From a virus (taxonomy: Duplodnaviria > Caudoviricetes): a stretch of 59,121 nucleotides of DNA. Positions 36,576-46,035 of this stretch are shown one piece after another; the first letter of the stretch is position 1; the number at the start of each line of letters is the position of its first letter. The DNA lies in the IMG/VR virus record IMGVR_UViG_3300025154_000106, positions 1-59,121 of that record. The stretch is one strand, 5' to 3'. The notes under the pieces were generated by a model, which saw nothing but the letters and a program-made list of their open reading frames with translations, ran no database searches and was not told the origin of the DNA. The position numbers and the translations under genes were made by a program.

Positions 36576-36808
36576 TAACTCTTACGCATTAAGATGACCA
36601 TACAAACTATACATTTTTGTATAGTATATGCAATCGGATTGCCAAACTGTACAATAAAACCCGTCCAAAGTGCATAGTAACTCGTCATTCCTTGCACTTT
36701 AGTGTGAAACTCCCACATTATTCCTTTGAGTTCTGTGATGATCTACACGGAATACGTTTGTGTTTTGTGTACAATTTGTTCAGTACTGCTGATTAAATTG
36801 TAGGGAAA

Positions 36809-36852
36809 CTCTAATCTGGTTCTAATATAATCAGGATTATTAAACGTATAAT
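36809..36852 (+). promoter_or_regulatory. Tandem-box promoter 2
   Basis: CTCTAAT-ctgg-TTCTAAT, 20 bp, TATAAT, then AGAAAGGA RBS. Confidence 0.7.
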
Positions 36853-36875
36853 TTGTATATAGAAAGGAAGGTAAG

Positions 36876-37208
36876 ATGAACATAATCAAGATTGTAGTGG
36901 ATGGTGATCTACCGATAAGATGTGCATATTGTGACATACCGCTTAGATTGTGTATAAATAAAGTTAGCATGACACTAAACAGAACGGCTCTGCTTGAAAT
37001 GGAAACCCGCCCCTCATGGTGTCCGCTTGTTGTTGAGGATGTGTGCAGGTATGTTGGTGAATATGGTGGGTGTGACGAGCATGGAGATATGATTTTCTTT
37101 TCAAGAAAAACTGGATGTAGTGATGAACATATCCAAAAGATCATTGTACCAGATTATAAATTTTGTCCAAATTGTGGTAGGCCTGTCAAGTATGTGGAGG
37201 TGGAGTAA
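36876..37208 (+). CDS. Cys-rich Zn-binding protein
   Basis: CxxC, RPSWCPL and FCPNCG motifs. Confidence 0.65.
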   Translation: MNIIKIVVDGDLPIRCAYCDIPLRLCINKVSMTLNRTALLEMETRPSWCPLVVEDVCRYVGEYGGCDEHGDMIFFSRKTGCSDEHIQKIIVPDYKFCPNCGRPVKYVEVE

Positions 37209-37624
37209 TGGAAAAATTGAAAGACTGCCCGTTTTGTGGAAAACATAATCTATGGACTTATCGTGGTACTTTTGCACCCGAAGAATATAGGCATGTAAAA
37301 TGTGCTGAAGATCCAAAAGAAGATGATGGCTGTGTTAGTGGCGTATCAGTATCTACTTGGAATAAAAGACCCATCGAAGATGCCCTCACTGCTACCATAG
37401 CACAGAAGGACGCTGAGATTGAGAGGTTGACACAAGAAAACGCATGGCTGACAGAAAAGGCATTGATGACACCTGATGAACTTGAACTAATGGAAAAACT
37501 GAAGCTGCTTTATGAAGCATGTATGAAAGCCGACCTAGAGGGAGAATTGTCAGAATATATTGACGGTTCAATTCTTGATAATGTCAGTGAAACATTAAAA
37601 ACACTAGAGGTGAACGATGACTGA
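37208..37624 (+). CDS. Lar-family restriction-alleviation-like Zn-finger protein
   Basis: LKDCPFCG...C...C...WNKR followed by a coiled coil. Confidence 0.6.
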   Translation: MEKLKDCPFCGKHNLWTYRGTFAPEEYRHVKCAEDPKEDDGCVSGVSVSTWNKRPIEDALTATIAQKDAEIERLTQENAWLTEKALMTPDELELMEKLKLLYEACMKADLEGELSEYIDGSILDNVSETLKTLEVNDD

Positions 37625-37997
37625 ATTTACACCTGAATGGATTGAGGAACAAAAAAAATTGATGGAAGAATATAGTGCAGAGGGTGTGTTTGAAAATCCT
37701 AACGTTGACTATTCTAAAGAGTTAGATATTTTGTATGAATATTACCCAAACGCTTTATCAGAAATCCAACGTCTCCAATCACGTGTGCAGGAGTTGGAAG
37801 CCGAGCAAAGGTGGATACCTGTGAGTGAGTGGAAATTAGTAAGCTCGATTGATCTTTACTGGGTCGTTGATAATAATTTGTGCTACCATGAGGCATATAG
37901 ATTTGAAGGCAAATGGTACACATATTCTGGTGATAATCGCATTTACCCAACACATTATAGACAACTACCCAAACCCCCAAAGGACAGATCACAATGA
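37617..37997 (+). CDS. DUF551-like protein
   Basis: WIPVSE...THYRQLPKPP. Confidence 0.65.
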   Translation: MTEFTPEWIEEQKKLMEEYSAEGVFENPNVDYSKELDILYEYYPNALSEIQRLQSRVQELEAEQRWIPVSEWKLVSSIDLYWVVDNNLCYHEAYRFEGKWYTYSGDNRIYPTHYRQLPKPPKDRSQ

Positions 37998-38110
37998 CCC
38001 ACTTCTGGATTGGCTTCGTCTGGTTTGTTATCGGAGCATTTGTAGGAGCAGTAGCTATGTCTTGGTTTGTTGCTGCTGGGAATGACGATATGAGAGCAGG
38101 GAGAAAGTAA
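37994..38110 (+). CDS. 38-aa membrane peptide, not in the ORF track
   Basis: MTHFWIGFVWFVIGAFVGAVAMSWFVAAG..., coupled at both ends. Confidence 0.55.
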   Translation: MTHFWIGFVWFVIGAFVGAVAMSWFVAAGNDDMRAGRK

Positions 38111-38760
38111 TGGCAACTATATTGATTATCAGTAACAATGCTTATCTTGCAGCGTTGGTAAAGAAGACCATGTTATATGAAGGACATGATGTAGAGATAG
38201 CCTATGATCTAATATCAGGAAAGGATCTGTGTGTAAAGTCTACCCCGGACTTGATCGTTACAGATTGGGAAACATTTCAGATATGTGCATTTGATTACAT
38301 CAAGAAAGTAAGCTCAGCTCCTGTTATTGTTATGATGGAAAACCCACGTTATGCTATTACTGAAGAAGTAGTCTGGTGTTTGAATGATGGTGCTGATGAT
38401 GTTGTCGAGTTTCCTTTTCATCCTGCAGAACTGGCGGCCCGTTCCCGTGCACTATTACGAAGACATGCTAATAAGAAAACTTTACAGGTAGGAGATCTAA
38501 ACCTTTCATGGAAAGGACAGCTGCATTATACAGACAGGACTATCATTCTTACTGCCAGAGAGTTTGACTTATTGAAAGTCTTTATGCTACATCCGGGCCA
38601 GGCTCTGTCAAAAGAATTGTTGTCAACCAGTGTATGGGGGGATACGTATGGAATGGACAGTAAGCAGCTGGATATTTACATAGGAAGGTTGAGAAGTAAG
38701 ATAGGAAGTGATAAGATAAAGTCTATACGAGATTATGGTTGGATGCTGGAGAACAAATAA
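38110..38760 (+). CDS. Orphan OmpR/PhoB-family response regulator with an atypical receiver domain
   Basis: PDLIVTD, GADD, ELAARSRALLRR, LTAREFDLL, VWG, LDIYIGRLRSKI, IKSIRDYG. Confidence 0.9.
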   Translation: MATILIISNNAYLAALVKKTMLYEGHDVEIAYDLISGKDLCVKSTPDLIVTDWETFQICAFDYIKKVSSAPVIVMMENPRYAITEEVVWCLNDGADDVVEFPFHPAELAARSRALLRRHANKKTLQVGDLNLSWKGQLHYTDRTIILTAREFDLLKVFMLHPGQALSKELLSTSVWGDTYGMDSKQLDIYIGRLRSKIGSDKIKSIRDYGWMLENK

Positions 38761-38996
38761 TGTGGTTAGCTACTATTGATAGAAGGTTATTGCTTGAGTT
38801 GTTGGGTGAGCTGTTGGGAAACCAGCAGGCTTTTACCGATTTGGTATCTGCCATACTTGAAAGAATCAGACAGGATGAAAGTGATCTGGCTGAAGACCTG
38901 ACAGATACAATTATTGAGTACTCTTTACGAGTGCATGGTGATGTTGCAGCTAAGATACATCAAGAAGTACTAAGACAGAAAGCGAGATTGAATTGA
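38760..38996 (+). CDS. Hypothetical helical protein
   Basis: TAATG-coupled to the regulator gene. Confidence 0.55.
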   Translation: MWLATIDRRLLLELLGELLGNQQAFTDLVSAILERIRQDESDLAEDLTDTIIEYSLRVHGDVAAKIHQEVLRQKARLN

Positions 38997-39739
38997 GCGA
39001 AACAGTTCAGATAAAATTAGAAGGACAACCGAAATGCCCTGTGTGTGGACAGGGTAGAGTAGAAGATGGTCGTGGATATGGAACAAAGTTTCTCGGAGTA
39101 GAGTTATATTATGCTCTTTGCAGGATCTGTGGGAACTATTGGCTCGTAAATCGTATGACGGATGAGTTTACGGACGAGTATTACGAGACAATCTACAGGA
39201 AAATCACTTCTCCAACAGAGGAAATGAAGGAAAGGAACGTAGAATTCGAGAACTTACGTGCACAATACCAGCTTGAATTCCTCAGACAGCACCATATTGA
39301 TGGAAAAGTTGTTCTAGATGTTGGTTGTTCACTGGGAATTCTGATACAAAAGCTGAAAGACGAACTGGATTGCACAGTTTTTGGGGTAGATAAGAACAAA
39401 ACAAGTGGTATTCCATGGATTTTGCCAGACATTTCTGCAGTTGAAGACGAAAGTGTAGACGTTTTGATCCTCTCACACGTTCTCGAACACCAAAACCACC
39501 CCCTAAAGTTCCTCCAAGATGCCATGAAGAAGCTAAAACCGGGTGGAAAGGTACTGTTGGACATGCCAAACTCCAATGTAGACTCACTTTCCTTCCGTTT
39601 ACACCACCCAATAGCCTTCACATGGGCAGGATTGCAGTATTTTGTGGGTTTATTGGGGCTGGAAATAGAAGATACCCTGTGGTATGACCCATTTTCAACC
39701 CCAATCTTGATAAGTATGATGGTTTACTTGAATAGTTAG
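38993..39739 (+). CDS. Class I SAM-dependent methyltransferase with an N-terminal Zn finger
   Basis: CPVCG...CRICG, VLDVGCSLG, DVLILSHVLEH, LKPGG. Confidence 0.85.
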   Translation: MSETVQIKLEGQPKCPVCGQGRVEDGRGYGTKFLGVELYYALCRICGNYWLVNRMTDEFTDEYYETIYRKITSPTEEMKERNVEFENLRAQYQLEFLRQHHIDGKVVLDVGCSLGILIQKLKDELDCTVFGVDKNKTSGIPWILPDISAVEDESVDVLILSHVLEHQNHPLKFLQDAMKKLKPGGKVLLDMPNSNVDSLSFRLHHPIAFTWAGLQYFVGLLGLEIEDTLWYDPFSTPILISMMVYLNS

Positions 39740-39757
39740 AGGGCTTACGCCCTCTTT
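39738..39757. terminator. Hairpin terminator between convergent genes
   Basis: AGAGGGC-TTAC-GCCCTCT followed by TT. Confidence 0.65.
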
Positions 39758-40684
39758 CTACTCTTGTGGGTACACAGTCCCCTGAAATATGTCATTAGTT
39801 GGGGATAAGGGGGATGGGCTGTGTATTATTGGCTCTACAGCTACAATGGGACGCTTACTTTGTCTGCCAGATGTAGCAGTAATCTTTATAAATGCCCCAC
39901 CCAGCGGTTTTGGTACTCCTCCCCGTGTTACTTCCCATCCAACCGTGCCATCTCCATAGGATTGCATGTACCCAGGGGTACGTACATGGTGTTGGGTGTC
40001 GAAATACTGGTCTCCCTTGTTACCAAGCCTCTCTCGTGTTATTGGAATATGATAAGAATTATGCGAATGCCCGTTTATAACTACATCAGCATCTGGTAAG
40101 TAGACCGCCTGCCTATTTGTTTGTATTGCCCCCCGTGTTACTGGTGCTTCTCCCCCTGCTCCATGAAAGTATTTGATTTTTATTGCACTTCCCCCTGCTC
40201 CTGTCCCATCTTTGATCAGTGCTCTGATCCATCCTCCATATCCTCCGTGTTGTACATCTCCACCTTCCTTGTTTAGTTCCCTCACGATTCTGTCTGATAG
40301 GTATGTGTTTGCGTTCTTCAGAACAGCTAACTCGTGATTGCCTGGGGAGATAAGTTTCATCCACTTGGCGTAAGGACTAAGAAGTCCTGCTATGTCGTAG
40401 ACAACAAAGTCATAGTAATCTGCCCTACGATACTCAGGTCTGAGCATACTCATGTCTCGCCTGGGATCAAAGCGTCCCTGCATGGCATCTACTAGATCTC
40501 CGTTTATTACTATTGCTGCTTCTCTCTTGCTTGCCTCATCAAGGTCGGAGAGGAAAAGTTTTCTGTTGCTATACACACTGTCTACATGAACGTCAGAAGT
40601 GACCCAAATGTATTGTGTTTGTCCCACATCCAATGCTAGTTCAAGGGTAGTAACTGCCCCCTTCTGGCTTGTACCTATTATCAT
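39758..40684 (-). CDS. Calcineurin-like metallophosphoesterase
   Basis: SDVH, NGDLVD, GNHE, FHG and GHSH motifs. Confidence 0.85.
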   Translation of the reverse strand: MIIGTSQKGAVTTLELALDVGQTQYIWVTSDVHVDSVYSNRKLFLSDLDEASKREAAIVINGDLVDAMQGRFDPRRDMSMLRPEYRRADYYDFVVYDIAGLLSPYAKWMKLISPGNHELAVLKNANTYLSDRIVRELNKEGGDVQHGGYGGWIRALIKDGTGAGGSAIKIKYFHGAGGEAPVTRGAIQTNRQAVYLPDADVVINGHSHNSYHIPITRERLGNKGDQYFDTQHHVRTPGYMQSYGDGTVGWEVTRGGVPKPLGGAFIKITATSGRQSKRPIVAVEPIIHSPSPLSPTNDIFQGTVYPQE

Positions 40685-40761
40685 AATGCCTCCATCGTGA
40701 ACACATACCCCCTTATAATAACCTTTTTGGTACTAAAAGTCCACGAAACTCTAATCTTTTC

Positions 40762-41298
40762 TTAATGTAAATACAGGTAATCAGCAGCAGATTGAAAAAT
40801 TTTGGGGTCTTCTTTTAGTAATCCAATTCCTCTGTTGCACGCACCACACAGTAATCCACGAACTACATCAGTGGTATGACAATGGTCAACGTGTGCCTTT
40901 ATTGATTCTGAAAATTTATTCCCACATATAGCACACGAACCACCTTGATTTTCCATTAGTTTGATGTAGTCTTCTCTAGTTAGTCCATACTTGTATTTAT
41001 ACATTCTAAACATCTGTGCTTCTGGGTCTTGTTTGTTTTTTTCTCTGGCTTTTTTTAGTATCTCATCCCTGTTTTTACTGTATAGTTTTTTGTTTCTTTC
41101 CCTTTGATACGCCCTTCTTTTATCCTTTCGTTTTGGTTCTTCATAGTACTCATTCCAACACGGTTTACACATGTAAACATATCCACGTGTAGTGTTTTTG
41201 TCTTTAATAAATTCAGACGGGTTTTTATACTGTCCACATTTTGAGCATCTTAATAGATTTTCCATTGGATCTCCTTTGTATATAGACAATTTTACCAC
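40762..41298 (-). CDS. Endonuclease VII-family (His-Me) nuclease, probably a free-standing homing endonuclease
   Basis: CAIC, HVDHCH, VRGLLCGACNRGIG. AT-rich gene. Confidence 0.85.
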   Translation of the reverse strand: MVKLSIYKGDPMENLLRCSKCGQYKNPSEFIKDKNTTRGYVYMCKPCWNEYYEEPKRKDKRRAYQRERNKKLYSKNRDEILKKAREKNKQDPEAQMFRMYKYKYGLTREDYIKLMENQGGSCAICGNKFSESIKAHVDHCHTTDVVRGLLCGACNRGIGLLKEDPKIFQSAADYLYLH

Positions 41299-41323
41299 CT
41301 TTGTTATCTATATACAAGAAAAA

Positions 41324-41368
41324 CTCTAATTTAGTTTTAATATTTAATCCATTAAATCGGAGTATTAT
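41324..41368 (+). promoter_or_regulatory. Tandem-box promoter 3
   Basis: CTCTAAT-ttag-TTTTAAT, 21 bp, TATTAT, then GAAAGGA RBS. Confidence 0.65.
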
Positions 41369-41390
41369 CTAGTTACGAAAGGAAGAAAAG

Positions 41391-42769
41391 ATGAATAAAT
41401 ATTCTGAGTGGTCAACGAGTGAACTTGAATATGAGTTAGAAGATGTGGAGTATGAGATTGAGATGTGTGAGTTCTGGTTATTATGTGGATCAGATACAAT
41501 GCCCAGAACAGATGTTCCAGTTCTTGAGCAGCTGAATAAGAGCAGGACAGACAAAGCTCTTGTTGAGGCAGAATTGGAAAGGAGAAAAGATGCCAATACC
41601 AGTGGGCAGTCTGAAGAAATGTAATTGTCGTGGACTAGCTGTGTATAAGTTATCTGGTCTGGGATGGTCGGTGTATTGTATAGAGTGTGAGAACAAGACC
41701 AGAGAATATAAATTGAAAGCTGATGCCCAGAAAGAATGGAATACAGAAGTATGTTATGAGGGGTATGACCCTTATGATGACTGGACGCTAGATCCAGAGG
41801 AAGGAAGTAGATAATGAATACAATACCAGAAGTTATATGGAGTTCATTTACATGCCAGACATGTTGGGGGAATGGGCAGCATTGGTATCTTGGAGAGATG
41901 GTAGAGTGTCCAATATGTCAAGGGCAAGGAGAGATCGTGGAGGTTATTGAGGTAAGAGATGGAAAGGAAATAGTAGAATATGAATGAAGAATGGGATGGG
42001 AAAGTAAGGTTTACTCCTGACTATGTTCCAATGAATCCAGATCCATATAATTTTGTGTGGATTGCTGCACCTATTGGAACTAATGAAATGATTGCAACTT
42101 CATCTGATGCAAGTTGGTCAAGTTTCCAGAAGCAGTATCCAAGTGTCTGTCCTAAGTGTAAGATAGCAGACGGGTTGGACGAGAACAGGAAATGCCAGTA
42201 CTGTGATTATGATGATTCCCCAAAGGAATGTACAAAGTGTGGTGGTGAGTACAGAGGAGAGGACTACACCAAACCACTATGTCAAACCTGCTATGATAAA
42301 AAGCAGGCCAAGAAATTGAAAGCCCAACAGAAAAGATGGGCAGAGCAGGAAAGAATACAACAAGAACAATACGAGAGAGAGCGTATTGCATGGCGAGCCA
42401 GTGTTGAAGAAAAAGATGGTGAGATTGTTGTTGACCTTGATCCTAACTACTATTGGGATTATGTAGAGCCAAAGAAACTTACACGTGAACAGGCATTGGA
42501 CTTGTGGGAAAAGTTGGGAAGGGTGTTGGGATATGAGTAGAAAAGTATATGAAGTAGTAGTCCATCTCAGTGGAACACAGATAAAGTATTTGCAGAAAAG
42601 ATTTCCCAAGGAGTGGAGCTTTACAAGAAAGTTGATCACATGGAAGTTAGCATCATGGTTATCACGTGAAGAGCAAGATGAACCAAGGATAAAAGAGATC
42701 ATTGAAGATCTGGAAGATTACTATGCAGTACCAACTGATCCACAGATTCCTGCTTTCCCCTTGCAATAA
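41391..42769 (+). CDS. Operon of five small genes, mostly Zn-finger (41391-41624, ~41589-41814, 41814-41987, 41980-42540, ~42533-42769)
   Basis: Coupled ORFs with multiple CxxC pairs. 41814-41987 is not in the track and has two CxxCxGxG motifs. Confidence 0.55.
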
Positions 42770-42789
42770 AGATAAATTCGTGCTACAGT
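42761..42789 (+). promoter_or_regulatory. sigma70/sigmaA-type promoter
   Basis: TTGCAA, 17 bp, TACAGT with a TG extension. Confidence 0.6.
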
Positions 42790-42795
42790 ATTAAA

Positions 42796-42853
42796 CAATC
42801 CTTTCTGAAAGAGAGAACCGGGTTACGTCCTTTCTCTGGTTCTCTCTCTATTT
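42796..42853 (+). ncRNA. Candidate ~58-nt sRNA with two anti-SD (UCCUUUCU) motifs
   Basis: TCCTTTCT at 42799-42806 and 42828-42835, the second in the loop of an AGAGAGAACC/GGTTCTCTCT stem. Confidence 0.5.
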
Positions 42854-42939
42854 AAGTAACGGTTGCTTTTCTTTTACTATACTACTATAATTAGTTATAG
42901 GCTAATGACAGTAGTATGTTTTAATTTAAGGAGATAACC

Positions 42940-43254
42940 ATGACATTTCAAGTACGTAATCAACCAACAGCTCAGACAATTATTGAACTATCCTCTGACT
43001 TTACTGGTATAACAGCAGTTACGACTGCAGAGACAGAGGTACAGCTGGCAGCTATTACCAACGCAGGTGGGTTTTGGGTAAAGGGACATCCAGACAATAC
43101 AGATACTGTATGGGTAATGTTTGAAGGACAGACCAAAGCATCTGCATTCCCACTCAATGCGAGTGAAGTAATGTATCTGGCTGTCAATGATCTAACTCAT
43201 GTGTTTATTGATGCAGACGTAAATGGTGAAAAAGTTTGTTGGATAAAGGCATAG
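42940..43254 (+). CDS. Small beta-sandwich virion accessory protein
   Basis: AAGGAG RBS. VKGHPDNTDTVWV motif. Confidence 0.5.
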   Translation: MTFQVRNQPTAQTIIELSSDFTGITAVTTAETEVQLAAITNAGGFWVKGHPDNTDTVWVMFEGQTKASAFPLNASEVMYLAVNDLTHVFIDADVNGEKVCWIKA

Positions 43255-43258
43255 TACT

Positions 43259-43777
43259 ATGTCCTGGAATCCACCCTTATACAATCAAGCACAGGCACTC
43301 AAGTTACACAAGGTTGATCCAGTTACTTTCGTAGATGCCAATACATGGTACGACATTACTTTTGACACAAAGAATGATAATGAGTCTACACCAGATTTTG
43401 ACTTCTTTAGTTCAGATGTTCTAAGTGTAATCAAGAGTAACACAACCGGGATATTTTTTGTGGGTGGATGTGTAAGACCGAAGTGGGGAGGGGCAGCCAA
43501 CACAGCAGTATCAATTCTTACAAGGATAGTAGTAAGTACAGATGCTGGAGAAACCTACGTAGAGAAAAGATGTTTACAGTCTATTGTAGGAAGAGCACTG
43601 AGTGAGGCAGAGGTTGGAACACAGCAATACGCCGGGTCGGTCATGGTAAGTCCAGACGATCTTATAAAGTTACAGGCACAGGTATCAAGTACAGACATGA
43701 CCTTTACTGGTTCAACCTCTTTTGATAACCCTGTTTCTGTTTCACTACAGATTTATGGTGGACAGCTGGAGGTATAG
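43259..43777 (+). CDS. Beta-rich (C1q/TNF-like) putative fibre or decoration protein
   Basis: TWYDITFD, TGIFFV and DLIKLQ jelly-roll-like pattern. Confidence 0.4.
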   Translation: MSWNPPLYNQAQALKLHKVDPVTFVDANTWYDITFDTKNDNESTPDFDFFSSDVLSVIKSNTTGIFFVGGCVRPKWGGAANTAVSILTRIVVSTDAGETYVEKRCLQSIVGRALSEAEVGTQQYAGSVMVSPDDLIKLQAQVSSTDMTFTGSTSFDNPVSVSLQIYGGQLEV

Positions 43778-43821
43778 GTGAAAAGTTTTCTAGCGATAAA
43801 GCAGGGGAGAGGAGTGTAACG

Positions 43822-44487
43822 ATGAATAGTGCGCAGAAGTTGTTGGTGTTGATGGGGGGCAAGCAAAATATACCTTGGTATCTTCCTGCTGGTGTTTCTG
43901 CTGTTAATTGTATTGGAGCGTTTAAAGCCATTGGTGTAGCGGATATAGCAACAAGTTATATAAATTTAATTACACCTGGAACTAATGATTTAATTGTTTC
44001 GGCTACAGGTGATGCTCCAACATTTGATACGTCTTATGGTTGGGCGTTCAATGGCAGTAGCAATTTACTTGAAACACAGATAGTACCAACGAGCCAAAAT
44101 TATTCAATGATGATTAGATTTTCAGATTCGGAAGATGTAACCTGGCAAGCAATTATAGGACAAAATACAACTAATGCGAATTTTTCAATATATCCACAAT
44201 CAGCAGCAAACGCAGTTAATTATTATAATGGTGGAACATTACAAATAGCAACAAGGGTTGCAACTGGTATTTTGGGTGTTGCTGGAAATAAAGGATATAG
44301 AAATGGAAATGCAGAAGCAGGCGAAATAGCAGATTGGGCGGCAGCCAACACCAAGAAAATTCATATTGGTTCTAGTTCTGCTAGTCAATTTGGGCCGGCT
44401 TGTAAAATTCAGGCGGTAGTGATATTTAATACAACATTGACGCCTACACAAATGATGGGACTTTATACCGCAATGGCAGCACTATGA
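43822..44487 (+). CDS. Concanavalin A/LamG-like putative receptor-binding protein
   Basis: GWAFNGSSNLL, IHIG and IQAVVIFNTTLT..Q motifs. Confidence 0.55.
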   Translation: MNSAQKLLVLMGGKQNIPWYLPAGVSAVNCIGAFKAIGVADIATSYINLITPGTNDLIVSATGDAPTFDTSYGWAFNGSSNLLETQIVPTSQNYSMMIRFSDSEDVTWQAIIGQNTTNANFSIYPQSAANAVNYYNGGTLQIATRVATGILGVAGNKGYRNGNAEAGEIADWAAANTKKIHIGSSSASQFGPACKIQAVVIFNTTLTPTQMMGLYTAMAAL

Positions 44488-45959
44488 AACAAGCTAAGTT
44501 ATTAATATTAATGAATAATAATAATCGTATTTTGTTTCGAGACACATTTACCGATACAGATGATGTTAATCTGGAAGATCATACCCCCGAAACAGGCAAT
44601 AGCTGGATAAAGGGTGCTGACGGTTACAACATAATAATAAACAGTAATCATGCCGTAATTACAGTTGATAGCATTTATTTAGTAGATGTTGGAGAAAATT
44701 CTTATGATGTAACAATAAATTATAAGGCAGGAATTGCAGAGCAATGGACAAGATTTTATTGGGCTATGGCTGATATTGTCGATAAATATTTTTTTGAGAT
44801 TACGCCAACAAGATATTCTGGTTCTGAATGGTTTTTATATAAAAGATCAACTACTTTTGCCAACGGTAGAATTACATGGAGTCCAAGTGTTGACCACAAA
44901 ATAAGAATAACAGTCAGTAAATTTGGAATTGTAACTGTTTATGCAGACACCACACAATTATTTCAATTTCTCATGGACGCTTATCAAACAAATACTAAAG
45001 TCGGAATTGGCTATCAAGATTATGCCGGAGTTTACTTTGATGATATTTTAGTAAGACAATTCAGGGGACAATCTTCAATACCTTATTGCAGTGAGTTATT
45101 ATCTGCAACAGCCACAAACGCAGCAACACCATTGACAATTCCAACGTATGATGAAAGCGGTCAGGTAGTACATCCAGACGTAATTGATACAGGTGTGTCG
45201 GGGTGGAATAGTTATAGATATTGGATGGTTATGACACCTTATCCAGCATCTGATGAAACTTACGAAAATCCATCAGTTGTCGCATCAAACGATAAAACAA
45301 CATGGGTTGTACCAGAAGGGCTGACAAATCCAATAGTAGCAAATTTAGCTGATGGGAGTTATTGGTCTGATCCTGATATGGCATTTGTAAACAATAAACT
45401 TTATATGGTTTATAGGTTACGATTGTCAGACAATGTTACCGATATTCTTTATATTTCAGAATCAAGCAATGGTACAACTTGGAGTGATCGTGTTGAAATA
45501 ATGAGGGGAGGAAAAAACGAGTATCAATCTCCATCACTTGTTTATAAAGATAGTTTATGGTACTTGTTTTTTCACAACGAAACAGCAACACCAAACACAT
45601 ATTATCTAAAAACATCAAGCGATATTTACACAGGTTGGTCGTCACAAAAACAATTATATCTGAACAATCATGCTCGCTGGTCACACGTTGATATTATTTA
45701 TGATACCGATAGATTTTATGGTCTGTTTCATACGGATGATTACAACCTATATCTTGGTATGAGTGAAGATGGAATAAATTGGACAAGAAAATTAACAGAT
45801 ATTTTGTTGAAAAGTACAGCTCCAGCATGGGATTCTTATGGATTATATAGAGCGAGTATTGTTAAGACAACAACAGGACTTGATTTATATTACACAGGAA
45901 AAGTAAGTATTGATGATTGGCAAGTTGGGCTAACAGAAATAACATGGAGTGAGTCATGA
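44484..45959 (+). CDS. Lectin-like domain plus five-bladed beta-propeller glycoside hydrolase-like domain
   Basis: N-terminal DTF...YFDDI domain, then VHPDV, YWMVMTPYP, YENPS, WSDPD, SPSL and SEDGINW motifs. Confidence 0.65.
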   Translation: MKQAKLLILMNNNNRILFRDTFTDTDDVNLEDHTPETGNSWIKGADGYNIIINSNHAVITVDSIYLVDVGENSYDVTINYKAGIAEQWTRFYWAMADIVDKYFFEITPTRYSGSEWFLYKRSTTFANGRITWSPSVDHKIRITVSKFGIVTVYADTTQLFQFLMDAYQTNTKVGIGYQDYAGVYFDDILVRQFRGQSSIPYCSELLSATATNAATPLTIPTYDESGQVVHPDVIDTGVSGWNSYRYWMVMTPYPASDETYENPSVVASNDKTTWVVPEGLTNPIVANLADGSYWSDPDMAFVNNKLYMVYRLRLSDNVTDILYISESSNGTTWSDRVEIMRGGKNEYQSPSLVYKDSLWYLFFHNETATPNTYYLKTSSDIYTGWSSQKQLYLNNHARWSHVDIIYDTDRFYGLFHTDDYNLYLGMSEDGINWTRKLTDILLKSTAPAWDSYGLYRASIVKTTTGLDLYYTGKVSIDDWQVGLTEITWSES

Positions 45960-46035
45960 CCATTCTATACAACGATTATCAAGATTAGCATGAGGCGTGA
46001 TGGATAGTATCAAGTTTGAGGCAGAGGAGAAGTAA

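Noticed and set aside
45960-46035. Terminase small subunit upstream of terL
   Set aside because: No room for a gene there and no recognisable TerS elsewhere, so left uncalled.
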